DNA from: Squalus acanthias
Taxonomy: Eukaryota
Direction: 5' to 3'
NCBI GenBank assembly: GCA_030390025.1
Contig: CM059440.1
Coordinates: 52,638,001 to 52,702,000, forward strand
Length of the DNA: 64,000 nucleotides
Below, in pieces: positions 37,950-51,503 of the stretch; position 1 is the first letter of the stretch; every line of letters starts with the position of its first letter. The notes under the pieces are model-generated. The model did not search any database. It was not told the DNA's origin and saw nothing but the letters and a program-made list of their open reading frames with translations. The position numbers and the translations under genes are program-made.

Positions 37950-38804
37950 GTACATGCTTATTTCTGTTTTCATTTTTGTTCCTTTGCTCTTTGTCTGCTA
38001 CAAATAAAAATCATACTCCTTAGATCTCCAGGCTCTGCTGATTTAGTTAATCTCAGCTGGGCTGTACCAGTGGTGTAATCGTTGACCTCTGGGTTAGTTA
38101 GAAAATCGGTCAAGATTCCCTCTCCGGGAACCACCATCAGCAGGATGCAGGTATGTGCATCAGGTGGGTACAGGAACAGACTGAACTGTGATGGTTTTGT
38201 GGTTGAGCAGGCTGTCGAGGTTTACACATGAATAATGGCCACTTGGTCAGGTAGCTGAGGGTGGACCTGTCCTGTGGAACCATACCCTGCAGAGAGTCAA
38301 ACTTCAGGGAAGGAGATTGAGAGGAAAATTGACATGGGGGAGAAGAGTTACTTCCTTTGTTAAAGTACAAAGGATTGCATTTAACAAAATGTTGACTTGG
38401 TAAAGTATCCACAACTCATTCATACCAGCCAATAATCTATTTGCTTCAATTCCTGGCCTATACAGATCTTGCTATTCTCAGCTAGGCTAACAGTAGGGGC
38501 ATTATTATATGGGTTAGGGTTCCCTTCTCCTGACTGCTATCTAGTGATCCGTATGTGGAAAATCATGTGGATGGATGCTGGTTGAGGAGGGGATTGTGCT
38601 TGGCTGTGATGTTTGATCGTCTGCTGATATCGATTGTCGAGGCTCACATATGAATATTGGGGACTCGGGTAAAGTGTCAGGGCAACCACTGCTGGGGGAA
38701 ATGGAGAGTCACCACCTTCAGGAGAGGAAGGGAAAATGCAAATTGTAACAAACTGAATGATAACTTTGAATTCATTACTTTATTCACAGAATCAGATTAA
38801 TAAG

Positions 38805-38871
38805 ATGCTTCAACGTTCTCAGAGTTCTGCTTTTCTGACAATGATGATGATAAAATTAGTGTTGTTTTCTG
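38805..38871 (+). CDS. B7-family gene C, leader exon
   Basis: Acceptor ttcacag at 38789; MLQRSQSSAFLTMMMIKLVLFS followed by phase-1 donor TG|gtaagt. Confidence 0.7.
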
Positions 38872-38964
38872 GTAAGTTTAAAATCTTTTGTATATACTTG
38901 ATAACTAAGCCTTTGCAATGCTAGAAATAAGTTGTGATCTTTTGGATTTTCGCTTCATAGACGT

Positions 38965-39363
38965 GGCTCAGATTTTTGAGGTAGAAATAACGTGAGGCAA
39001 ACCGCGCTCACCGTTATTATGAAGTAAATTGGACAGCAACTTTCGGATTCCGCACATGCGCAGTTAAATGGAGAAATCGGGATGTTGCTCCTCCACAAGT
39101 TGCGCTACACTGGTACCTCACCGAGAGACACTGCATTATGGGCGTGAAGTTGCAGTTTTTGTCCACTAAACACGGTAGAAAAAGTTAGGGCTGGTGCATT
39201 CATGTGTAAGTGAATTTTTAATGGCATGATAAGTCCACGCTGAAAATGATCTCTAAGTACTGTAAGTTGCTGCTCAAAAGCCTGCACAAAGTCTGTGGGG
39301 GCAGCTGTCAGCGTAATGATGGTCGAGCGCCACTCCTTCACCACTGACTACAAAATCCGGGCC
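38965..39363 (+). mobile_element. MITE-like element
   Basis: Imperfect termini ggctcagatttt / aaaatccgggcc; homologous to 17690-17840. Confidence 0.5.
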
Positions 39364-39687
39364 ATTATTGCAAGTAACTCTTGCAATTTCAGTAACTTGT
39401 TAGTAACTTTTGCAACCTTCTGCACTTTAAAGGCTGGGTTCATCTGATAGGAGGAAAAAGTACTGCACAAGAACAAATACAAACCAGAATGCCCTGGTTT
39501 ACCAGCGCGGTAAACATGTTTGTTTTGCAATGGTTAATGCTGGGAAGTCTGCTTGGTGCTGAGCATGAATTCAAGACCTGTATTAGTAATATAGCTGATA
39601 GTATTTTGCTGTCGAGGTCTGACAAATGTCTCCCATTGATGCTGTGCATTTTCCAAATTGCAAAAGTGAGGCATGATCTTTCTGCAA

Positions 39688-39880
39688 GGCCCTGAAATTC
39701 CTGGGACAGGGAGAGGGCAGAAAGCCTGATTTTTCTACCCTTGGCCAGAAATTTGGGGCAGAACCTACACATTGGAATTCTGCCCTGTTTACACTGGCCA
39801 ATAAAATTCTGCAAAGACGGACGGATGTTCCACTCTAACACTTGCTTTGATGGAGTGGATACCGCAGGAATTTCTGGCCC
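39688..39880. mobile_element. Small MITE
   Basis: Terminal inverted repeats ggccctgaaattcctg / caggaatttctggccc. Confidence 0.5.
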
Positions 39881-39961
39881 CATGGTATTTTTTTAATGTG
39901 ATGGATTGAAATATATTATTTGTCTATGAAAAGAGTAGTTAATCCATCTGCAATTATACAG

Positions 39962-40300
39962 ATCAACAACAAGTAAGTGTTTGGGAAGAAGCCGTACTCG
40001 CCATCCATGGTCAAAATACAGTCCTGCCGTGTCACTTCCTCGTTGATGACTCCTTAGACCAGATCATCATCATCTGGCAACGTGTCGAGACCAAAGAGGT
40101 GATCTTCAGTTCCAACAGCAGCGAAGATCGGCAGAGTCGGCAGTATTCGGGGAGAGCGAGCCTTTTCCCAGAGGAGGTTAAATTGGGAAATGCTTCCCTA
40201 AAATTAGAAGGAGTCAGACCAAAGGATGCTGGGCAGTACAAGTGCTTTATCAGCACTCCAATAGAAATTAGTACAGGAGTCGTGTCTCTAAATTTTGCCG
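39962..40300 (+). CDS. B7-family gene C, IgV exon
   Basis: tatacag acceptor, GCCG|gtatgt donor, 339 nt open; VLPCHF, IIWQR, QYSGRASLF, VRPKDAGQYKC. Confidence 0.9.
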
Positions 40301-41320
40301 GTATGTTTTAATTTGCATCTTGACTTTTTTTTTTCTTCCAGTGTTGTAGATTAAAATGTTTAATGTATGATTTCAGTATAAGTCCTTTTCACGCAATTGA
40401 AATCAGTTGCTATTTTCGAGTGTTTGTTTTTATTAAATCAATAGTGTAGCGGAGCAACCTTAAACAAGGCGATGCCTTCGAGCCTGCTCTGCCCTTCAAT
40501 AAGATCATGGCTGATCTTCTACTTCTACTCCACTTTCCCGCACTATCCCCATATCCTTTGATTTCCTTAGTATCCAAAAATCTATCGATCTGTTGAATAT
40601 ACTCAACAACTGAGTGTGTGTATATATAGATTTTTAGACAATAGTATTAAAAACACTGGAAACAACCTCCAGGTTCCATCCAACAAGCTGACTTATTTAA
40701 GTACACTGACACGTGGCACTTGTATGCTTACTATGATTGACGTATCATTGTAAGATAAGGCAGAAGCTAAATCTTGGGTTTTTTAAGTATTGAAAAGCCA
40801 CTGGACACATGGACCTACTAATTTGATTAGCTGGAGTAGTTGCTATATTCTTACTATATACAGAGCCGGGAGTATCTGGTTTGATTTTAGCTAGTTTGTT
40901 CCCAGGTTACCTGACCTTAACCAGGGCAACACTTCATTTGGCCTCTGCCAATGAACTAGGAAGAGAAAACTCTGGTAGGGTTCCTGCTTTTGATTGCCAG
41001 CCATTGATCCCTGCTGGAAGCTACGTGAAGTAGCTGTCCTGAGAGGACAGGATTGGGCTCTGATGTAATGGTCAATTTGCCTGCAAACATTCCATCTAAG
41101 ATGACATGGGAAGAATGACCACTTGTGTGATGTACTGGAGGACTGCTGGTGTTTGTGGAACCATGCTCTGGCATGCGTTACTGCCTTTAGGAGAAAATTG
41201 TTGCTTTTCAATTTCCTCACCCCCCACCCCCCAAAATGGTAGCAGGAATTAAAACCTTGGATGGTATTTGATGAATTTTATTTCCTTTGTCTATTGACTA
41301 CTTTTTTTTTAATTCCTCAG

Positions 41321-41605
41321 CGTACTACACAGAACCCAGCCTAATAATCAAACGAACATCAGATGGAACAGCTTTCGCCTTTGAATCCCAAGGTTTCCCC
41401 AAAGCTACTGTTTTCTGGTACAATGAAAAACACCAGGATATTTCTGCCCTGTCTGAGACCTTGTGCCAACTTCATGAAGATGGACTGTATTCACTGCGGA
41501 GTATTCTGCAAACCAATGATACCAGTAGGAGTTCAAACTACAAATTTAGATTAAGGAATGATGTTCTGCAGCAGTCCTTTTCCTGGACATTTAGTCTTCC
41601 TTTGG
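41321..41605 (+). CDS. B7-family gene C, IgC exon (canonical Cys absent; one non-canonical Cys)
   Basis: cctcag acceptor, TTGG|gtaagt donor, 285 nt, colinear with 8219-8503. Confidence 0.88.
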
Positions 41606-41874
41606 GTAAGTTAATTGATTTGGATCCTATGCAGTGAATCTTTTCCCCAAATAGGAGAAGGCCTAGATATTAACTATCTGGCAGCTGACATGAGGGGGGT
41701 TGTGATCATGGGAAGCAGGGTGGAGAGGTAGTGACAGTGGCCCACATCATTCTTGTGGAGCCGGGAGAAGTGCTCCTTCACCTGGCCACACAAATAATTT
41801 ACCTCTTTTGGGCTGCTTCTGTACCACCGAGTTTTACTGAGCAGACACTCTGCCAAGGTGGCAGTTCAAAATGT

Positions 41875-42270
41875 TTTTTATTCATTCATGGGATGTGGGC
41901 ATCGCTGGCATTTATTGCCCATCCCTAATTGCCCTTGATGAGCTACCTTCTTGGCAGCTGAGTGGCTTGCTAGGCCATTTCAGAGGGCAGTTAAGAGTCA
42001 ACCACATTGCTGTGGGTCTGGATTATAGGCCAAACCAGGTAAGGACAGCAGATATCCTTCCCTGAAGGACATTAGTGAACCAGATGGGTTTTTATGACAA
42101 TCTGGTAGCTTCATTGTCACCAGTACTGATACTAGCTCTTTATTCCAGATTTATTTAATTAACTGAATTTAAATTCCCCAGCTGCCATGAGTGGGATTTG
42201 AACTCATGTCTCTGGATCATTAGTCCAGGCCTCTGGATTACTAGTCCAGTAACAACCACAATGCTACCAT
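41875..42270 (-). mobile_element. tRNA-derived SINE sharing its 3' tail with the second LINE family
   Basis: Minus-strand A-box TAGCATTGTGG and B-box GAGTTCAAATCC; tail gggatgggcaataaatgc...atgaatgaataaaa is also at 45831-45895. Confidence 0.65.
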
Positions 42271-42755
42271 TCCTGTAGTAAACAGTCGGGTAAATTACCT
42301 AAAATGTATAAGCAGGTTTAAAAAGCCAGTGAGAATGTACTTCACAGGACCCCGATTTGCATAGGCTAATGAGGCGTGCACCTGATTCAGGTGGTTGCCT
42401 GGGGCACCCAGCAGAAGGCCCCAGCAAAATGCCAGTGGATTGAGAATGGGGCAGTGAGCACACCACCTCCATTTTAACTCTGCTCCAGAACAGAGGGGGG
42501 CTAAATCCTCCCCGAAATGTTTTCCACTGCTAACCTCCCATTTGATGTACAAATTGAGTTCTAGCTTAGTGTCACAAAGTATATTTGATCCTTTTCAGCC
42601 ACATCTGTAACTTCTAATTTAGTACCAGCTTATTCAATGTCACATTTTATGCATCATACAATCAGCATTTTTGAAGTCAAATTGTTCATTTAAAATGTAT
42701 TGTCAAAGAAATTCAAACTAGCACTGAAAGCATTGCTGTAACTTTTATTTTACAG

Positions 42756-42904
42756 AAATTCAAACTGATTTTACAAGAAAGCGATGGATGCTGCTTGCTC
42801 CCCTGATAACTGGATTTATAATAATTCTAATTCTAGCATTGGTTTACAAGAAAAATGTCTTGGGCAGAAAGTACGATCCACCAAAACTATACTTCATGAC
42901 CTGA
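42756..42904 (+). CDS. B7-family gene C, TM and cytoplasmic exon (gene C totals ~279 aa)
   Basis: ttttacag acceptor; encodes EIQTDFTRKRWMLLAPLITGFIIILILALVYKKNVLGRKYDPPKLYFMT*. Confidence 0.85.
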
Positions 42905-43514
42905 TGGGCCTGAAATCCCGATCAGAGGCTTCCTGCGAACAGAAGCCTCCGACCAGCAAAAGAGATGCGCACTTGCCTTCAGTCTCTGCGCGCACGGAGA
43001 GTTAGTGCTTTCATCCTGAGGACTCCTGGGCACCTCGTACGCACCCGTGGGCCTCGCAAAATACGGGCCGATATGTCTTTCAACAAACTGTCCATGGGTG
43101 GATCGTACCTGTTTCAGCAGGGGGGGATATTCATTGCTGTGACTTAATGGTATAACAGCTCTTCACAGTGCTGTAGCAATTGAGCTGACGAAAAACACTT
43201 GGAAAGTTCAATTTGTGGGAGGGGGCGATCAGAGAATTGGGGCTACAGTGCAGTATCTCTCCTCCCCCAACTTCTGATCCCTTTCAGTGTGGCTTTCCTG
43301 CCGGGAGCACAGAATTTGGCATTTCTACAAGGCAAAAGGCATTGTGTTTTTTTGCCAATGCCACCTTCACAAATGTTGCTTCTTTCAGGATGCTTTTTAA
43401 TGCTCTTTCTTTCCCTTATGATAATTCACTCATACAGTATAGAATGGGGAAAATAAAAATGCATTTCCAGAACAGGATGGCAGGAAGGGGACCTGTTCCC
43501 AGGCACCTCGGCCT

Positions 43515-43596
43515 ATGCTGCTCTTGAATTGGTTTGAGAGTGTCTGTTTTATTACACCTCAGTATTTATCAGTTCTTCTGTTTGTTTTCGCAACAG
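43515..43596 (+). CDS. Candidate signal-peptide exon with no downstream Ig exons in the window
   Basis: MLLLNWFESVCFITPQYLSVLLFVFAT followed by phase-1 donor CAG|gtaagc; acceptor atttccag at 43470. Confidence 0.4.
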
Positions 43597-44422
43597 GTAA
43601 GCATTATTTTTTATATAAATTAATGAACTTGAAGAATTTATTAACTTTTTCTGCATATTTGCTCCATCTTGCAGTTGTCAGTGGTGGATCTATAAGCTTC
43701 TGAAGGGAGAGGAAATTAGTGAAGGTGCAAAATTTATTTTCTGTGGCAGGGTGACTCGCATTTTTGTCACTTTTTTCACACCAGGGATTTTTCCAGCTCT
43801 CGTGTTATACAGAAATAATATATATTTATAAATGACATTTAGCTATGTTGTTTTACATAGAGACCAGAAACAATTTTAAAAGTAAGTGGAGACTCCTGAT
43901 GTGTGGTTGGTACGTGGGATGCACTCTCCATTTATTTAGCTCATGGATAAAACTTGAATGAGAGCACAAGCAGTTGGTACGAATAATTGGAGATTCTGAT
44001 TGTAAAATTGTAGTTTGGGTAGAAAATTGAAATATCTGGAATTCTTCCAGACACAGCCTGCTACCTGTACTTCTGGATGTGGCGCAATTTCCCAGTGAAT
44101 TAAAAATAAAGCCTGCAATGAGTTTGTCTTGGATCCGTGAATGAGTAGAAACACACAAATCCACTACTGCATTTGATAGCACCATAACACTCATACAAAG
44201 GATAATTCAAAGTCATTTCTACACTACCCCCCTTGTGATTCTTTTTGTGACTATCTAGGGAACAGTGATGTAGATGTAAATTGATTTTTAATGGTGAAAT
44301 TTAAGCAGCGATTGTTCGTATAACTTCTATTTTGAGACAAGTCTGGGGATGGAAAGACTAAGATTGAAGATGTTGTACTTTTTAGTGGTATGCATTCACA
44401 CTATCGTTTATCCCCTCATTAC

Positions 44423-45895
44423 TTCCACTTGCCTGGATGAGTGCAGCTCCAACAACACTCAAGAAGCTCGACACCATCCAGGACAGAGCAGCCCACTTGA
44501 TTGGCACCCCATCCACCACCTTACACATTCACTCCACCACTGGCATACCGTGGCTGCAGTGTGTACCATCTACAAGATGCACTGTAGCAACTGGCCAAGG
44601 ATTCTTCAGCAGCACCTCCCAAACTCAATATATATTAATGATCTAGATGAGGGAACTAGATGTAATATCTCCAAGTTTACAGATGACACAAAGCTGGGTG
44701 GGCGTGTGTGCTGTGAGGAGGATGCAGAGAAACTCCAGTATGATTTGGACAGGTTGGGTGATTGGGCAGATGCATAGCAGATGCAGTATAATGTGGATAA
44801 ATGCGAGGTTATCCACTTCGGTGGCATAAACAGGAAGGCAGATTATTATCTGAACGCCAATAGATTGGGAAAAGGCAAAGTGCAATGAGACCTGGGTGTC
44901 CTTGTGCACCAGTCGCTGAAGGTAAGCATGCAGGTGCAGCAGGCAGTTCAGAAGGTAAATGGTATGTTGGCCTTCATAGCGAGAGGATTCGAGTACAGGA
45001 GCAAGGATGTCTTGCTGCAGTTGTACAGGGCCTTGGTGAGACCACACCTTGAGTATTGTGTGCAGTTTTGGTCGCCTTATCTGAGGAGGATATTCTTGCC
45101 ATGGAGGGAGTGCAGCGAAGATTCACCAGACTGATACCTGGGATGGCAGGAATGACATATGAAGAGAGATTGGGTCGATTAGGCATATATTCGCTAGAGT
45201 TTAGAAGAATGAGAGGGGATCTCATTGAAACTTATAAAATTCTAACAGGACTAGACAGACTAGATGCAGGTAGGATGTTCCCGATGGCGGGGGAGTCCAG
45301 AACCAGGGGTCTAAGGATAAGGGGTAAGTCATTTCGGACTGAGATGAGGAGGAATTTCTTCACCCAGAGAGTGGTGAACCTGTGGCATTCTCTACCACAG
45401 AAGACAGTGGAGGCCAATTCATCAAATATATTCAAGAAGGAGTTAGATATATTTCTTAAGGCTAAGGGGATCAAGGGATATGGGGAGAAGGCAGGGACAG
45501 GGTACTGAATTTGGATGATCAGCCATGATCGCATTGAATGGCGGAGCAGGCTCGAGGGGCCGAATGGCCTACTCCTGCTCCTATCTTCTATGTTTCTATG
45601 ACCTCTTCCAACTAGAAGGACAAGGGCAGCAGGCGCATGGGAACACCACCTCCTCCAAGTTCCCCTCGAAGTTACACACCATCCTGACTTGGAAATATAT
45701 CGGCCGTTCCTACATCGTCGCTGGGTCAAAACCCTGGAACTCCCTCCCTAACAGCACTGTGGGAGCACCTTCACCACATGGACTGCAGCGGTTCAAGCAG
45801 ACGGCTCATCACCAGCTTCTCCAGGGCAATTGGGGATGGGCAATAAATGCTGGCCTTGCCCGTGATGCCCACATCTCATGAATGAATAAAAAACA
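44423..45895 (+). mobile_element. Second-family LINE 3' end with a nested CR1 RT/tail insertion (~44627-45600)
   Basis: SAAPTTLKKLD...HCSN interrupted by IYINDLDEG...GYGEKAGTGY. Confidence 0.85.
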
Positions 45896-45974
45896 AAATG
45901 CCAGTGATGCAGCTTGATTTCTCTCCCTCCATGTGGGGAAGTGTCTCGTGCTGGGTTTTAAACTCCAGATAACT

Positions 45975-47483
45975 AGTTAGAGTTGGAAAACAGTGAAATT
46001 AATCTTGGTTTCAACGCAATGCCAGGAGAAGGAGGAGTTTGTATGCCAGCGAATTTGCAGTTAATGAGGAACAAGAGAGGTGAGTTCAAGGAAGCGCTGA
46101 GCAGAGCAGTATTGATAAAATAGAAGCGAGAAAGACTGCAGTAAAAAGAAAGGTTGGACACTATAGGTGAGAGGCAGTTACAATTTTGTTGCATGTGAGA
46201 TTATGGTTAATTTGCATAATAATACCTTTGTCTACATGCATGTGTATATATAAAATCATAATTAGATTACAGGCCACAGTAACTAACTTAGCAGAAGGGT
46301 AGATGGGGAAAATAATGGCTAGCTTGACTGAAGAACAAACATTCTATCACGATATACACATAGCTAAACAATAGTGTCTTGAAAGGGTAGTGTAGGATCA
46401 CGAGGTTATAATGGTTTGAGAATTACAGGACACAGATGAATGTGGTGTTAGGGATCTGCTGAACCATAGAAATCAGACATAGAGAAGGGGCCTACATGCA
46501 GAACCAAAGTTCTTGAAATAGCTTATCTGCTGTGGAAATTTACTAAAAGGAAGGACTGGGTCAGGTCAGGTGACATGAGAGACCCTAAGGAAAGGAACGT
46601 TGAGTGATGGGTCCAAGGGGATGTCGTAGATTTGAATTGAAAGTCATGGTATAAGAAGGGGACCCCAGCAAAGGTTAAGGGTAGAAGATTTGAGTCAAAT
46701 TTGGGGAGACACTTGGAGGTGGATACGGGCCTGGGCACAAGCCAGTGGGTGCAGACAACTCTTACTGTGACTTTTACCCAAGGCATAACTGGGTAGTATA
46801 ACTATTCATTATACCTTGTAACAACATGAGCAGAGCGCATTGAGTCCCAGCGCTGCAAACTACATGAGGGGTATTTGTATGTCTTCAATGGGCCTACTGC
46901 TTGTGAGCATTTAGACCTATATCACCTACTTGTAGTCTAAGTGCCCGGCAAATATCAACAAACATCTGTCATTGTGTCACTGACTCATGGGTCCTTGAAT
47001 CTGTTAAATACGGTTTATACAGCAACTCCCATTGTACCATCCAATTGTTTTAAGCGATTCTAGGAGATTTTACCTCCACTTTCTCTGGAAGTTTATTCCA
47101 CATGTTGATCACAATGAAGATGAGTTTCCTGATACCTGTCCTAAAACTACCTTTTACTAGGCTGAACCTGTGTCCTCTAGATCTACTTCGGCAACTTAAT
47201 TTAAAGTCACATTCTGGGTTAACTTTTTCTATACCTGCAGCAATATCTATATGCCTCTGAGATCATCTTTCAGCTGCCTCTTTCTAGGTGGGGAAAAAAC
47301 CCAGTCTTTCCCCTCAGTTCAGAGCCCTGACACCTGAGAATCAGTCTTGTGGCTCTTCTCTGCACCACCTTCAGCATTTGGCTCTCTTGCTTCTGGGTGA
47401 CCAGAATGGGATGCAGTATTCAAGGTTTGGGTGAACAAAGGCACGATAAATTTTGATCGTTCCTCCCTCTTCATTATATTCTA
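45975..47483 (+). repeat. Segmental duplication block, paralogous to 13745-15128 (includes the LTR 3' portion)
   Basis: Direct sequence match; see 13745-15128. Confidence 0.85.
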
Positions 47484-47489
47484 CAGAAG

Positions 47490-50030
47490 GGGTGTTAAAT
47501 GTAAATAGAACCTTGGTTAGACCACACTTGGAGAATTCTGTGCAGTTCTGGTCTCCACACTACAAAAAGCATTGAAGAAAGTGCCAAAAAAGATTTAGGA
47601 GGATGGGGGAATCCAGACCAAGAGGCACAATCTTAAATTTAGAGCCAGGCCATTTAGGAGTGAAATCAGGAAGCACTTTTTCCACACAAAGGGTGGTGGA
47701 TCTGGAACTTGTTCTCCCAAAAGACTGTGAATGCTGGGTCAACTGAAATTTTCAACACTGAGATTGATAGATTTTTATTCGGTAAGCATCTAAAGGATTA
47801 TGGAGCAAATGGATTTGAGGTGCAGATCAGCCAAGATCGAATTGAATGGCGGAATAGGCTCGATGGGCTGAATGGCCTCCTCCTGTTCCTATGATAGGGT
47901 AGATGTGGAAAAATTGCTTCCACTTGTGGGTGAGTCAAGAACAATGGGATATCAATATAAGATAGCCACTAACTGATCAAAAAAAGAATTTAGGAGGAAT
48001 TTCTTTACACAAAGGGTGGTGTAGGGTTCTCAGCCCTCCCGCTATCTATCGGAATGGGCGATTGGTCTCTGAAACGTTGCTGCTGGCAACTCGGGAGAAA
48101 GGGTCCGTGTATGCGCGGTTCGCACACCCGCAGTATCCTGGCTGTCGTGGCTAGCAGCCAATTCGCATTGTCTGGGCCTTGCTGGTCCCCCAGCTATTGT
48201 CTCTCCTCATTCTTCCTACCAAAATGTATCTGTTATGTGTTGAATTTCATCTGCCGTGAGTCCACCCATTCCACCAGCCTGTCTGTGTCCTTTTTAAGTC
48301 TATTACTATCCTCCTGATTGTTTACTACACTTCCAAGTTTTGTATCGTCTGCAAATTTCGAAATTGTGCCCTATACCCTCAAGTCCAAGTCATTAATGTC
48401 TATGAAAAACAGCAGTGGTCCTAGTACTGAACCCGGGGGAACTTCACTGTATACCTCCCTCCAGTCTGAGAAACAACCATTAAATAGAATATACAGCACG
48501 GAAGCAGGCCATTTGGCCCAACCTGTCCATGCTGGGGTTCATGTTCCACTTGAGTCTTCTCCCATCCTTCCTCATACGAACATATGACATACGTACAATG
48601 ACGGACAGGTAAAGACCCTCTGGTCCATCCTGCCTGTCCCACACAATTGCGATATCTTGTGTATCACAATATACACCCTCCACCCCACCCGAAACCATGT
48701 GATCTCCTGGGAGAGGCAAAAAAACATAAAAACCCAGGCCAATTTGGGAAAAAAATCTGGGAAATTCCTCTCCAACCCATTTAGGCAATGGAAACTAGTC
48801 CAGGAGATCACTCTGGCCCTGAATTCCCTGCAGTGCCCACCTTCTGTAAGAGGTGATCTCCGCCCCAGCCAGAAACAGGTCCAGCTCTCGCTTGAAGGAA
48901 TTCACGAATCAGCGTCCACCGCACGAGACGGCACCTTTTCCAGAGGTCCACTACTTTCTGGGAAAAGAACCACCTCCTGGTATCTAACCTAGATCTGGCC
49001 TTGTACAACTTCAATTTGTGACCACTAGTCCTCCCTGACCTAACTATCATCTAACTCTATCAACATTTCCTCTATTCCCTTCTCCCTCAAATGCTTATCT
49101 AGCTTCCCCTTAAATGCATCTATACTATTCGCCTCAACCTTTGGAACAGAGGAGGCTGAGGGGAGACTTGATTGAGGTGTATAAAATTATGAGGGGCCTA
49201 GATAGACTGGATAGGCAGAACCTATTTCCCTTAGCAGAGAGGTCAATAACCAGGGGCATAGATTTAATGTAATTGGAGAAGGATTAGAGGGGAGTTGAGA
49301 ACTTTTGTCACCCAGAGGGTGGTGGGGGTCTGGAACTCACTGCCTGAAAGGGTGGTAGAGGCAGAAACCCTCATCACATTTAAAAAGTACTTCGATATGC
49401 ACTTGAAGTGCTGTAACCTTCAGGGCTACGGACCAAGAGCTGGAAAGTGGGATTAGGCTGGATAGCTCTTTTTCAGCCGGCACAGACACGATGGGCCAAA
49501 TGGCTTCCTTCTGTGTCATAAATTTCTATGATTCTATGACCACTCCCTGTGGTAGCGAGCTCCACATTCTCACCACTCTCTGGGTAAAGAGGTTTCCTCT
49601 GAATTCCCGATTTGATTTCTTGGTGACTATCTTAAAAGAAAAAGAATTTGCATTTCTATAGCGCCTTTCACGACCACCGGTCGTCCCAAAGCGCTTTACA
49701 GCCAATTAAGCACTTTTTGAAGTGGAGTCACTGTTGTAATGTAGGAAATGCAGCAGCCAATTTGTGCACAGCAAGCTCCCACAAACAGCAATGTGATAAT
49801 GACCAGATCGTCTGTATTAGTGATGTTGATTGAGGGATAAATATTGGCCAGGACACCGGTAAAGGTATCTTATATGGATACCCTCTAGTTTTGCTCATCC
49901 CCACAAGTGGATACACTCTCTCTGTGTGTCTACTCTATCAAAACTTTCCATAGATATAAGAACTGAGAGGTTATATCTATCAGGAATGATTGACCAGGCT
50001 GGGGATCTTTTCTCCAGAAAAGAGAAAAGT
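47490..50030. mobile_element. Nested CR1 3' fragments (both strands) and a partial Deu-SINE (49635-49860, minus)
   Basis: Multiple TQRVV/WNSL remnants and tails; reverse-complement SINE core. Confidence 0.75.
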
Positions 50031-50262
50031 TTTCTTCTTAGGCAGTCCCTCGGAACCGATGATGACTTGCTTCCACACTAAAAATGAGTTCTCAGGTGAC
50101 TGATGAGTCCAATGCGGGACGTACAGTCTCTGTCACAGTTGGGGCAGACGGTGGTTGAAGGGACGGGTGGGTGGGGTGCTTGGGTTGACGTGCGCTCCTT
50201 CCGCTGTTTGCGCTTGGCTTCCGCTTGCTCCCAGCGAAGTGACTCGAGGTGTTCGGCGCCTT

Positions 50263-51503
50263 CATAGAAACATAGAAGATAGGAGCAGGAGCAGGCCATT
50301 CAGCCCCTTGAGCCTGCTCCACCATTCAATGTGATCATGGCTGATCATCCAAATTCAGTACCCTGTCCCTGCCTTCTCCCCATATCCCTTGATCCCTTTA
50401 GCCTTAAGAAATATATCTAACTCCTTCTTGAATATATTTAATGAATTGGCCTCTACTGCCTTCTGTGGTAGAGAATTCCACAGGTTCACCACTCTCTGGG
50501 TGAAGAAATTCCTCCTCATCTCAGTCCTAAATGGCTTATCCCTTATCCTTAGACTGTGACCCCTGGTTCTGGACTCCCCGGCCATCGGGAACATCCTTCC
50601 TGCATCTAGTCTGTCTAGTCCTGTTAGAATTTTATAAGTTTCAATGAGATCCCCTCTCATTCTTCTAAACTCCAGCGAGTATAAGCCCAATCGACCCAAT
50701 CTCTCCTCATACGTCATTCCTGCCATCCCAGGTATCAGCCTGGTGAATCTTTGCTGTACTCCCTCCATGGCAAGAACATCCTTCCTCAGATAAGGCGACC
50801 AAAACTGCACACAATACTCAAGGTGTGGTCTCACCAAGGCCCTGTACAACTGCAGCAAGACATCCTTGTTCCTGTACTCGAACCCTTTCGCTACAAAGGC
50901 CAACATACCATTTGCCTTCTTAGCCGCCTGCTGCACCTGCATGCTTACCTTCAGCGACTGGTGCACAAGGACACCCAGGTCTCGTTGCACTTCCCCTTCT
51001 CCCAATCTATTGCCATTCAGATAATAAGCTGCCTTCCTGTTTTTGACACCAAAGTGGATAACCTCGCATTTATTCACATTATATTGCATCTGCCATGCTT
51101 CTGCCCAATCACCCAACCTATCCAAATCATACTGGAGTTTCTCGGCATCCTCCTCACTGCACACACTCCCACCCAGCTCTGTGTCGTCTGCAAACTTGGA
51201 GATATTACATCCAATACCCTCATCTAGATCATTAAAATATATTGTGAATAGCTGGGGTCCTAGGACCGATACCCCACTAGTCACTGCCTGCCACTCGGAA
51301 AAAGACCCATTTATGCCAACTCTTTGCTTTCTGTCTGCCAACCAGTTCTCTATCCAAGTCAATACCTTGCCCCCAATCCCATGTGCCTTAACTTTACACG
51401 CTAATCTCTTATGCGGGACCTTATCGAAAGCCTTCTGAAAGTCCAAATACACCACATCCACTGGTTCTCCCATATCTATTTTACTAGTTACATCCTCAAA
51501 AAT
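50263..51503 (-). mobile_element. 5'-truncated CR1 inserted into the RTE
   Basis: IFEDVTSKID...GYGEKAGTGY and tail; junction repeat GAA. Confidence 0.9.
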
